Shown: one piece after another, positions 1-10,375 of the stretch
Position numbering within the stretch: the stretch's first letter is position 1
How the letters are laid out: every line of letters begins with the position of its first letter
NCBI GenBank assembly: GCA_965205025.1
Contig: CBDBFU010000024.1
Location: 1 to 64,000, forward strand
DNA length: 64,000 nucleotides
From: Candidatus Poribacteria bacterium
Lineage (GTDB): Bacteria; Poribacteria; WGA-4E; WGA-3G
Reading direction: 5' to 3'
Program-made: the position numbers and the translations under genes
Notes under the pieces: model-generated
Told to the model about the DNA's origin: nothing
What the model saw: only the letters and a program-made list of their open reading frames with translations
Database searches by the model: none

Positions 1-3000
1 AAGCAAAGAGGATGGTGTAAGTCGATTCGATAAGGTTAGCGGTGAATGGACTAACTATAAGCAAGCCGACTTTCTTGCAGATAATGATGTAAGAGACATA
101 TCGCGTAATACTGATGGGAACCTTTTGATTGCGACAGTTGCTGGACTCTCGATTTATTCACCCTCAACGAAAACGTGGGAGGTTATCTCTAAAGAGGACG
201 GTCTCCCAACTCCTTACATTATGTCAGTTGATGTAACATCACAAACACCTAAGACTCAACAGAATGAATTATATGAGATCTCGAATGTATTATCCAGTGA
301 AGAACAGATCTGGATTGGAACTGCAAGAGGCCTTGGCTTCTGTGAATATCTTGGTGAAGAGTGGACATTTTATAGACCACCTGAAGGAGAAGCCTTTGTA
401 ACTGCTGTTGCTTCACAAGAAATGTCTTCCGATACTTCTGGTAGTGTGAGTAAAATTTGGCTCGGTACGAATGTTGGACCCGCAGTGTTTGATGTGGATT
501 CAAAACAATGGAAACAACTTACTCTCCCAGATACACCAGAGAATCCGTTGATATTATCGGTCTTTATTCAGAAAGGAAGTGTATGGTTTACAGGCGTAGA
601 AGGTGTATGGCGATACTCAATTGCCGATAAGCAGATGTCCTCGTCTTACTGAAGGACTTGAAAAACTACATATTAACGTACTTGTATCTGCAGAAAATAC
701 AATTTGGGCAGGAACTCAATCAGGGTTAGCAAAATATGATAATACATCACAACGTTGGAAACCGATACCTTTAAAAAATAGCACGGACGGAAAAACCGCC
801 ACACTGAATATTACAGCGATTGATTATCAGAATGGTGTCCTTTGGATTGGTACACCGCAAGGAATTGGAAGTTACACGATTGTCACAGATGAATGGATTC
901 CAAATGAAGAAACTTACAACGTTCGGGATATAATTTGTGATAAAGATAGACTTTGGATAGGCACCAATACCGGTCTCATTGAACACGAACTCCAAAATGG
1001 TGAACAAGTTATACATCAGTCCCGTCCAGTACGTGAGCCTTTACTTGAAACTAATGTCACACAAATTAAGTTTGACGGAGATTATATTTGGTTTTCTAAC
1101 TGGCGCTCATCTCGGAACGGAGGTATTCTACGTTTCCATCGTCCGACAAAAACATGGCAACGTTTCACACGTTTAGACATCTTTAAGTCTACCTTGAAAA
1201 AGACAATGACAGTTTTACGCTGGACTTATGTAGATAAAGATGCGGTATGGTTTACATCAGACTTTGGTGTTCTCCGATACGATAAAATGAAAGATACATG
1301 GCAACATTTCACTATGAAGGATGGATTAGCTTCAGACGATCTGGACAAAATCGATGTTAGCGATAAGGCTGTGTGGATAATTGCCATGACTGGTCAGGAG
1401 TTGAATCGTTATGATAAAAAAACAGGTACATGGAAAATTGTCAGGCAACCGGATCGTAGAGATGAAAGAGAAAGACTGAGAGGAATTGCGGTTGATGGAT
1501 CTGAAGTTTGGTTCGGTACCGGAGATGCTTTGATCCGTTACAATGAAGATACAGAAGAATGGAAAAGTTATAGACCAAAGGACGGTTTGGCTGGCAGGGG
1601 TGCTGAATGGATTACCATCGACGAAGATTTTGTTTGGGTTGCTCGATCCGAATGGGATAGACATAGTAATCGTCCACTATCCAGATACAATAAAAAAACT
1701 GAAAAATGGGATACTTTTTCTACAAACGATGTACTTGCACATAAGACAATAAAACGGATTATTTCTACAAAGAACGATGTATGGATTCAATACAGACCAT
1801 GGGATAATGCAGTAACGCGCTATGATAAACTCAATCAAGAGTGGACGACAATCAAATCTGAACGTGGAACTCTTGAACTTGCCGCGGATGATGACTATCT
1901 CTGGTTAGCCGTTCCCAATAACGGTCTAAGACGTTTTCATTTCGCTTCTGGAACATGGTCAGCATTCAAAGATATTGAAGGACTATTACATAATCATGTA
2001 GGTGAATATGGATTGGCAGTTGATAAAGATTATGTATGGGTAGGAACAATCCGCGGTCTATCCCGTTATGATAAACAAAAGGAATCTTGGACACCTTACA
2101 TTCCCTTTACCAACGCTTTCGGGTCGAACAGTACGGACTGTGGATTCCGACGAAAGGTTCGTGTGGATTGGTACAGACAGTGGTGTATCTCGGTATGATA
2201 AAGGATATGGGACATGGAAAAACTATAGACAGACAGGTGGTTCCGAAGAGATTGCTACACACGATGGACATTGGCATCGTCACAGACCAAAATCCCGTGG
2301 AATGCTGTCTGATAACGCAGTAAGTTCTATCGTCGTTGATGAACAATATGTGTGGGTAGGTACAAGAGACGGTGCAAACAGGTTTGATAAGATTGCCCTA
2401 CGATGGGATCAATATAAAACTGAACACGGATTACCTGCAAATAATGTGACATCTGTCAGTACTGACGGCAATAATATCTGGGTGGGAACAAATTCTGGGA
2501 TTGGAAAATATCCGCGTACCGCTGATGATCTGAATGCTTGGATTGCGTATACTTCTGGAAGTGAAATTCAACCCTCTGCAGTATCTAAAGAGTTTGCCGA
2601 GTCACTTGTTACTGACGAAATATGGACTATAACAGCAAGCAAAAAGAACGTTTGGGTGGGAACACGCCGAGGCGTGAGTAAATACGATATTGGTCGAGAT
2701 ATCTGGAAGACTATCACTGAAGAGGATGGACTCGTTAGCAACGAAATTAGTTGTATTGCTATTGATGGAACTCGTGTATGGTTTGGTAGTGACCAAGGTG
2801 TAGCACTCTATAATGAAGACACAGAAGATTGGCGTATCTATAATACTGATAATGGACTTATAAGTAATAAAATAACGACTATTGGTGTGGATGGTAATGA
2901 TGTGTGGATTGGCACATACAACGCTGGTGTCAGTCGTTTTGACCAATTAGAAGATACTTGGAAAACATACACCAGAGATGAAGGTTTATCTCATAACGGA

Positions 3001-3132
3001 ATACTATCAATGTCTATTGACAACACCTATGTCTGGTTCGGAACATATAGGGGTTTGAGTCGTTATGATAAGCGATCGGGGATCTGGACAACATTCACCG
3101 AAGCCTACGGTCCTGAAGATATCTTAAGATAG
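1..3132 (+). CDS. Large multi-beta-propeller protein (two-component-regulator-propeller-like repeats), 5' partial, split by two frameshifts (~640, ~2105)
   Basis: The frame of ORF 125-652 is open back to position 2. ORFs 125-652, 603-2198 and 2068-3132 all carry repeated (I/V)W(I/V)GT-x-x-G(L/V)SRYD...W and DGL-x-x-N motifs and join by single-base shifts. Confidence 0.8.
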
Positions 3133-3213
3133 TTATCAGTTAGAATGTGTGCCACCACTAACACTACTACATAATTCAGAAAGTCTACCACCCAACAGTA
3201 ATATAACATTGAT

Positions 3214-5191
3214 ATGCAAAACACCTTCCGAAGAGTTCTGATACCTCACCATTCTGTGTTTTAAACCTATTCTATTATCTATTCTTGTATTATTCTTCTG
3301 TGCTCCATTCTTCCATGTTAATGCTGAGGATGTTTATAGTCTTTTCGGTAAACTATTTCTGTCGGGACGTGTAGAATATGATTTTACAAATAGACGTAAC
3401 TTCCTCGCAGATACAGAGGATGAACGTGTCAGACAAGATAATTTTGATTTTGATCGTCTTTTCAGACGTGGGTTTCATAGTGTGTTGGTTATTGAAGAAA
3501 CGGCAGGTACGGTAAATAATATATTGAGTCTCGGTGAAGTTCCAACAACTTTCACGAAATTCACCTTTGATCAGATTGATATGAGCGGTGTTCGATGGGA
3601 GGTACGTTCAAACCGTACCGATTGGACTATCCTGATGGTACCGGGAACACTGAATCGGTTAAGTGGTCAAGGTAGACGAATAGAGGGTTCGGGAATGGGA
3701 TTACGTGAGGTAACCAAATTTGGTAAATCGCAACTTGGCCTATCTTGGTATTTCCGTGAAACACCCGTTTGGGCAGTAGATCTGGAAACGAACTTTCGCA
3801 AACTACGGATTGAAAGCAGAGATAGCCGTTACTCCCAAAAGTGCTTTATATAAAGATCTGAATTCACGATTTGATGCAACGACAACCGTGTTCAAAGCTT
3901 TCCGGACTGTCGGTGATACACTTCTACAAGCTGAGGTATATCGGGTCGGTTCACGTTTTGATGCATCACGTTCAGTTGGAGATAATGATGATCAGGATAG
4001 ATATTCCGATAACACGTTTCCTGACCCACCTTCCCTAATTATTCCGGGTGACCTTGATAAAAACAATAACGGGACTTTCGATTATGAAGACGATATTCTG
4101 TTGTTTGATGTTGACGAGGATTTTCTTGATGAAAGCGATCAAAACAACAACGGAATAAGGGATGAGGAAGAAAACGATAAAGATCCAAATTACGAATTTG
4201 ATGTTGGATTGCAAGGTATACGATTCTTCATGAATCGGAAGATATACCATAAACAGAGTGTCATTGATTTAGATCTTGGTATTCAAATAGAAGAAAACCA
4301 TAGATATCGCAACATCCCCAGATCAAGTAAAGCATACGGCAACATAATTTACAAAAGGCAGGCTTGCCCGCGCATCTACCTTTATACTTGAGAATGAACT
4401 CAAACTTGTGAAGGATGAAATACCAGACGAAACTTGGTATTATGCTGGTTTTTTGAATAGACAGGATGAAGATCTATTCAGAAGACAACCCCAATTTCAG
4501 GATATGTTGGAAGAGGAATGATTTACAGTTCTTTTATGTTGACGGTGGAGCGGAGGTCGAAAAACGTCGTAAAGATCCCCTACTGATGCAGAACGACCTG
4601 ATTAACACTGCTAAACTTACCTGGGAGTATTTGGGTATCAGACGAATGGTTACCACTGCACGAGCAAAAATACAGTATGATATAGATTTTGACAATGATA
4701 ATGAACACTACGAAGTTGGTATCTTTAAAACGTTATATCGACTTCGTCCATCAAAATCACTTGAAATCAGCCCTATGTTCAAGTATACCATTCGAAACGG
4801 CTTCCGTATGGCAGAGGATAGACTTGATTACCTAAAATTACGAGGAGAGATAGACGGAAGAGAGATAACACGTGATTTAAGATTACGACAAATTGAGCAA
4901 GCACATGTCAGGGATATGACTCCTGCCCTTATACTTAAAATAGTCTATCAGTTTACCAAAACTATTAAACTTACAGGTGGTGGACAATTACTGTTGTATA
5001 ATGATTTGCTAAAAGATGATAATGACTTTGTTCGCCAAGCGTTATTAGCGGAAATGGAAAAGAGTTTTGTGGCTTATCGGAAGCAGATGTTTCTCCATAT
5101 TGGAGCACGTTATATTGACCAGCGCGCAATCGGCGAGGTTAACGACCAAAATTATATGGAGATATTTGTACGGGTGTTCGGGAAGTTTTAA
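3214..5191 (+). CDS. Secreted, probable outer-membrane beta-barrel protein with acidic Ca-binding-like loops, broken by several frameshifts
   Basis: ATG at 3214, then a shifted frame reading TYSLLSILVLFFCAPFFHVNA-EDV (signal peptide) into ORF 3482-3853, continuing in 3810-4391 and 4466-5191. Contains DLDKNNNGTFD and DQNNNGIRDEEE loops, amphipathic strands and a terminal VRVFGKF. Confidence 0.6.
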
Positions 5192-5389
5192 TAAAAATAA
5201 AGCGAATTTCCCAGAATTATACGTTTTTTGCAAATTTAGCTTGATATATGTTAGAATAATATTATTAGTTCATATTTTGTGGAAGTTTTTGGCAATCTGG
5301 CAACAAAATTCAGTTTGTACAATCAAAAGGGTAACGGCAACATCTTACAATAATTTCTGCCGTTGCTGGACAAAGAAAAGGAGACCAAA

Positions 5390-6166
5390 ATGTTTAACAA
5401 AACGTCAGTCATAATTTTCGTTGTTATAGCAACCATTTTTATGTGTGCAAATATGGTGAAAGCTCAAGTGGTTACTAAAGGTTTGGTTAGTTACTGGACC
5501 TTTGATAAGGTTGATATAGATGGTGATACTGTTAAAGACGCTTTTGGTGATAATGATGGAAGCATGAAAGGTAACCCCAAAGTAGTTGAAGGTAACATCG
5601 GTCAGGCTCTTGAGTTTGATGGTGATAATTATGTGGATTTCGGTGTACCCGAGAGTTTGAATATGGATCCACCACTTACAGTTTCGATGTATATAAATAA
5701 TAAAGACGATTCGGCCAGCTTTATATGGCAGGGCGGTGAAAAGAGTGGATCGACAAAAAACTATATTTACATGAGAAATGATGGTGGTATGAACGTTGGT
5801 CAATGGCCACCTGGCGGGGGAGATCTGAATTCTCCCGGAGGGCTTCTTGAGACACGTGGCGCCTGGTATTACATCACTGCTGTTTTTGATGACAAATATC
5901 TTCTTTATGTTGATGGATCTTTAGAGAGTGAACTCAAATCAGAAGTTTACTCAGGTCCAACCCCTACAGCTTGGTTACTTGGAACAAGACTATTCCCAGC
6001 TAATGCTGCTTATTATTTCATAGGTCTTGTCGACGAACTTGCCGTTTATGATCGAGCGTTAAGCGAAGACGAAATCAACCAAAACATGAATGCAGGAGGA
6101 TGGGCTGCTGTAAAGGCTACTAATAAGCTAACTCTCACTTGGGGAGATTTAAAAGCTTCAAAATAA
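5390..6166 (+). CDS. Secreted LamG/concanavalin A-like domain protein with C-terminal KLTLTWGDLK tail
   Basis: AGGAG RBS before ATG 5390; signal peptide; GLVSYWTFD, ALEFDG, LYVDG and GLVDELAVYDRALSEDEI motifs. Confidence 0.9.
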   Translation: MFNKTSVIIFVVIATIFMCANMVKAQVVTKGLVSYWTFDKVDIDGDTVKDAFGDNDGSMKGNPKVVEGNIGQALEFDGDNYVDFGVPESLNMDPPLTVSMYINNKDDSASFIWQGGEKSGSTKNYIYMRNDGGMNVGQWPPGGGDLNSPGGLLETRGAWYYITAVFDDKYLLYVDGSLESELKSEVYSGPTPTAWLLGTRLFPANAAYYFIGLVDELAVYDRALSEDEINQNMNAGGWAAVKATNKLTLTWGDLKASK

Positions 6167-6306
6167 CCTAACATCAACTTAGTTTCGCATAATCACGCAG
6201 TGAAAAACTGAATTTGGTTGTTGTATCTGGTTATGAATCTTGATCACATTCGTCCTTATTCCATTACGGGAATTCATGTGGTTGAATATAATTGGAAGAA
6301 AGCCAC

Positions 6307-6390
6307 TGTAGGAGCGATCTCCGAATCGCGACCATAATAATAGCGATTGGAAAAAGACAGAATAGTCGTCAATCTGAGTTCCCTCCTACA
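6307..6390. repeat. GTAG-class REP-like inverted pair
   Basis: TGTAGGAG at 6307-6314 and its reverse complement CTCCTACA at 6383-6390, with an internal GCGAT-N7-ATCGC stem. Confidence 0.5.
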
Positions 6391-6519
6391 TTTTGTTTCG
6401 CAGTACTTTATCCAACCTAATATTCTTATTCAAACTCACGTCAATAAAAATAAACGAATTCCAAAAATTATACATTTTTTACAAAATTTCGTAAAAATAA
6501 CGAACTTTTTCATTTTAAC

Positions 6520-6548
6520 TTGACAAATAGATTATACTATTTTAAAAT
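6520..6548 (+). promoter_or_regulatory. Sigma70-type promoter
   Basis: TTGACA (6520-6525), 17 bp spacer, TAAAAT (6543-6548), upstream of ATG 6708. Confidence 0.6.
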
Positions 6549-6707
6549 ACTATTATTACGTATTTAGAAATAGTATTTACTGCATTTCGTTGATTTTTTT
6601 TGACTTTGTCTTTACAGATGAATATATATATCATTGATAATGCAGCAAAATTCATGGAGTTTATGTCTAATCTATAAGCGTTTGTAAACTATTTGGAGGC
6701 AAGTAAA

Positions 6708-7548
6708 ATGAAAATTAGAATTCACGTGGCTCTTATTCTCATATCGGTTACCGTACTTCTTGCTGGTATCGGTTTGTGGCGACATCGCTATCTCAAAATC
6801 CGGAATACGGAACCGAAAAAGGTGTTTATTTTACCTGAACAACCGAATACACTAAGAATTGGTGCTAACACATCTAAAGTTACACCTGAAATAGGCGAAG
6901 ATAACACGGATGTAAAGACTCAAAGTATTGATAAACGTATTACTCCCGATGAAATGGATAATACAGATGATTCCTCTGTTGACACACTATTCGAGGATAT
7001 AGTAGAAGAGAATCTAACTCCCGAAGTAATAGCGGCAATAAAAAAGTACGAGGAGGCGCAATCAGCATCCGCTGATGTAAGGCACAAAAGAAGTCTCCTT
7101 TTACATGTAGAACCTTTAGATTGGGATGCTATCGGTTTGTTAACTAAACAATTGAGTCAGCTACGTCAGCAACGGAAGGATGCCATTGAAATACTCGCCC
7201 TATACTCTGACCAAGCATTCAAAGAACTCCAACGTATAAAAGCACGGGAAAAGGTCGCTGCCTCAAAGAGTGAGTGAGTTTGAAGAGGAAGAGGCAACCA
7301 GAAATGCTGAAAGGGCAGCAAGAAGAGCGGAACATTTAGCTAACCTTGAACGATCGCAAAAAGAACAGTTAGATAAGTTATCCAAGTTATCTAATAGATA
7401 TTCTGAAATATCTGATACTATTCCAACATTATCGTCGAAAGAACAAACTCAGGCTTATGAAGAATTAAGACAGATTTCAGCAGAACTATCTAAAATGGCT
7501 CAAGAAACAATGGATAAACTTAATGAAAACAACTCAAGCTCAAAGTAA
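6708..7548 (+). CDS. Membrane-anchored helical/coiled-coil protein, one frameshift (~7262); paralog of the C-terminal ectodomain of the BlaR1-like protein
   Basis: N-terminal TM (VALILISVTVLLAGIGLW). ORFs 6693-7277 and 7270-7548 align continuously with the last ~215 aa of ORF 8112-9974, with one extra base near 7262. Confidence 0.75.
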
Positions 7549-7790
7549 ATTGAATTCGTGAGATCAAGCATATCAGATATGGGTGAAAAGTCATACCATA
7601 TCTGATATGTCATTGATAAATAAAAATATGCTATGATATAGTCAATCATATTTTGACAATATGTAAAACACTGCCAATTTAATATGACCTATACCTATCA
7701 ATGAGGATAGCATTAGATGAAAACTAAGAAATTATACCCTTTAGAACTTGAAGTGATGAAAACAGTCTGGAAACTTGATCGCGCTACTGT
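6900..7790 (+). repeat. Copy 1 of ~0.9 kb direct repeat (copy 2 at ~9328-10213)
   Basis: Matches from GATAACACGGATG through the stop codon, hairpin, intergenic region and blaI 5' end; period about 2425 bp; the 3' half is nearly identical. Confidence 0.9.
7569..7609 (+). terminator. Stem-loop after 6708-7548 (terminator or operator)
   Basis: CATATCAGATATGG ... CCATATCTGATATG perfect 14-bp stem, no clear U-tract. Confidence 0.5.
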
Positions 7791-8119
7791 CAATGATGTG
7801 CTTGATGGTATTGACCGTAAAATCGCTTACACCACTATCGCTACCACCATTGAAGAGTCTTGAGAAAAAGGGGTTTCTTTCACATCAAGTTGAGGGAAGG
7901 ACGTTTGTTTACCAACCATTGGTCAAAGAAACAGAGATTACACATACAATGCTAAGTGATTTGTTAGAACGTCTCTTTGACAATTCAGCTGAAAAATTGG
8001 TTAATACATTACTTGAAGTTCGTCAAACCAGTTCTGAAGAACTTAACAGTTTACAACAACTTATTAACGACTATCAGCCGGATGATGAAAAAGTAACCGA
8101 AGGAGAGACTAATGACTAA
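7717..8119 (+). CDS. BlaI/MecI/CopY-family repressor, one frameshift near 7850
   Basis: ATG 7717 reads MKTKKLYPLELEVMKTVWKLDRATVNDVLDGIDRKIAYTTIATT, then one extra base, then LKSLEKKGFLSHQVEGRTFVYQP...LLERLFDNS. Its end overlaps the start of the M56 gene. Confidence 0.85.
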
Positions 8120-9974
8120 GCAAATTCTTCTTTCACTGCTAAATTGTTCATGGCAATGGGGATTATTGGGTGGATTAATGTGGCTTATCACACGACGTTT
8201 TCGTCAATCAAACAGTATTACCCATCTCCTTTGGTTAATGTTCCTACTAAGTTTGCCTATCCTATTCACATTGAATCAGTTTGTACCTGCACCATCATTT
8301 AGTAACGCAATACCTAAATTGTTAGAAACACAAGCTATGAATCAATATGATTTAGTTGCACCAGAAACAGATTTGTCAACGATATCATTAATCGAAAACA
8401 ATACGAAAGCTACCCGAAACAATGTCTCTGAGAATTCTATTTTCTTAAACCAGAATATCACTGGCTTCATTCTCTGTATTTGGGCAGTAGGGACGCTTTT
8501 TATGTTAATTCGACTATCTTTAGGTTTGTATAGGATTCGTCAACTCCGCTGCAATGCTACAGTAGCTAATGATTCATACCAATCAATCTGTAAAAGATTA
8601 GTGCAAAAAATGAACATAAATCGTCCAATTAATGTCTGTGTGTCCGATCAGATCTTATCTCCGATCTCATTTGGCTGGTTATCACCCCATATCCTAATAC
8701 CACGGAATTTGACTTTAGATCAGTTTGAATTGGTAGCTGCCCACGAATTAGCACATATTCAACGACTGGATTGGTTGACAAATATATTTTCGCACATTAT
8801 TGGTGCAATTTTCTTTTTCCATCCTTTGTACCACCTACTTAATGGTATACTCGCAAGACTTCGTGAAAGGATTTGTGATGACTGGGTTATCCAATTGACA
8901 GGAGCAAGAAAGAAGTATGCACAGTGTTTACTGGATTTGGTTCGTCACATTGATAGGGAAATTCCTCTTGCTCTGACATTCAATGAACCGTCATGGTTAG
9001 AATCTCGAATTGATCAAATTTTAAAACACAATCGTCGTTTAGATTTACAAACGAAGCAAAGAACACTGATATTTGCATCAATCTTTTTACTAACTTTTTT
9101 ACCATTACTTTCAATGGCACAGCTGATTCCGTTAAGAACTGTCCAACTCTCCCTGTTTACCCAAACATCTCAGGAGTCAGAAGAAAGAGTTGATAAACCT
9201 GAAATGATGCAGGTAGAACAGAAAGTGATGATAAATTTAAAAGAAAAGAAGGAATACAAACCTATTGAAACGAACAACTTAACAACTGACGCAAACACGA
9301 CTAAAGTCCGACTTGTAGAAAGTGTGGATAACACGGATGCAAGGACACAAAGTATTGATAAACGTATTACACCCGACGAAACAGATAATACCAGTAAACC
9401 ATCTGTTGGCACACTATTCGATGACATAACGGAAGAGAATCTAACTCCCGAAGTAATAGCGGCAATAAAAAAGTACGAGGAGGCGCAATCAGCATCCGCT
9501 GATGTAAGGCACAAAAGACGTCCCCTTTTACATGTAGAACCTATAGACTGGGATGCTATCGGTTTGTTAACTAAACAATTGAGTCAGCTACAACAGCAAC
9601 GGAAGGATGCTCTTGAAATTCTCGCAAATTACTCTGACAAAGCATTCAATGAACTCCAACGTATACAGGCACGGGAAAAGTTCGCTGATCAAATAGCGAG
9701 TGAGCTTGAAGAGGAAGAGGCAACCAGAAATGCTGAACGGGCAGCAAGAATGGCGGAACACAAAGCAAACTTAGAACGATCTTCAAAAGAATCGTTAGAT
9801 AAGTTAAACGAGTTATCTAATAGATATTCTGAAATATCTGATACTATTCCAACATTATCGTCGAAAGAACAAACTCAGGCTTTTGAAGAATTAAGACAGA
9901 TTTCAGCAGAACTATCTAAAATGGCTCAAGAAACAATGGATAAACTTAATGAAAACAACTCAAGCTCAAAGTAA
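8112..9974 (+). CDS. BlaR1/MecR1-type M56 metallopeptidase sensor with helical C-terminal ectodomain
   Basis: TM segments; SPISFGW...HILIP; AHELAHIQRLD (HExxH); FFFHPL; RERICD; LESRI. Confidence 0.9.
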   Translation: MTKQILLSLLNCSWQWGLLGGLMWLITRRFRQSNSITHLLWLMFLLSLPILFTLNQFVPAPSFSNAIPKLLETQAMNQYDLVAPETDLSTISLIENNTKATRNNVSENSIFLNQNITGFILCIWAVGTLFMLIRLSLGLYRIRQLRCNATVANDSYQSICKRLVQKMNINRPINVCVSDQILSPISFGWLSPHILIPRNLTLDQFELVAAHELAHIQRLDWLTNIFSHIIGAIFFFHPLYHLLNGILARLRERICDDWVIQLTGARKKYAQCLLDLVRHIDREIPLALTFNEPSWLESRIDQILKHNRRLDLQTKQRTLIFASIFLLTFLPLLSMAQLIPLRTVQLSLFTQTSQESEERVDKPEMMQVEQKVMINLKEKKEYKPIETNNLTTDANTTKVRLVESVDNTDARTQSIDKRITPDETDNTSKPSVGTLFDDITEENLTPEVIAAIKKYEEAQSASADVRHKRRPLLHVEPIDWDAIGLLTKQLSQLQQQRKDALEILANYSDKAFNELQRIQAREKFADQIASELEEEEATRNAERAARMAEHKANLERSSKESLDKLNELSNRYSEISDTIPTLSSKEQTQAFEELRQISAELSKMAQETMDKLNENNSSSK

Positions 9975-10213
9975 ATTGAATTCGTGAGATCAAGCATATC
10001 AGATATGGGTGAAAAGTCATACCATATCTGATATGTCATGATAAATAAAAATATGCTATGATATAGTCAATCATATTTTGACAATTGTAAAACACTGCCA
10101 ATTTAATATGACCTATACCTATTAATAAGGATAGCATTAGATGAAAACTAAGAAATTACACCCTTTAGAACTTGAAGTAATGAAAACAGTCTGGAAACTT
10201 GATCGCGCTACTG
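9328..10213 (+). repeat. Copy 2 of ~0.9 kb direct repeat
   Basis: Aligns with 6900-7790. Confidence 0.9.
9995..10035 (+). terminator. Stem-loop after the BlaR1-like gene (copy of 7569-7609)
   Basis: Same 14-bp inverted repeat. Confidence 0.5.
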
Positions 10214-10375
10214 ACTGATTTGCTTGAACGTCTCTTTGACAATTCAGCCGAAAAACCGCAAACACACTTCTTGAAGTTCGACAAACGAATTCTAATAAAT
10301 TGAATCGATTACAACAATATATTATTGACTATCAACCGGTAGAAGAAGAAACCACCAGGAGAAACCAATGACTCA
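10141..10375 (+). pseudogene. Internally deleted BlaI-family repressor
   Basis: MKTKKLHPLELEVMKTVWKLDRATD-stop, then jumps to sequence matching ~7958 onward (GATTTGCTTGAACGTCTCTTTGAC). About 165 bp encoding the recognition helix and wing are missing. Confidence 0.85.

Noticed and set aside
6900-10213. Repeat pair as a diversity-generating retroelement TR/VR
   Set aside because: About 0.9 kb long, mismatches are not adenine-specific, and no reverse transcriptase is in the window.
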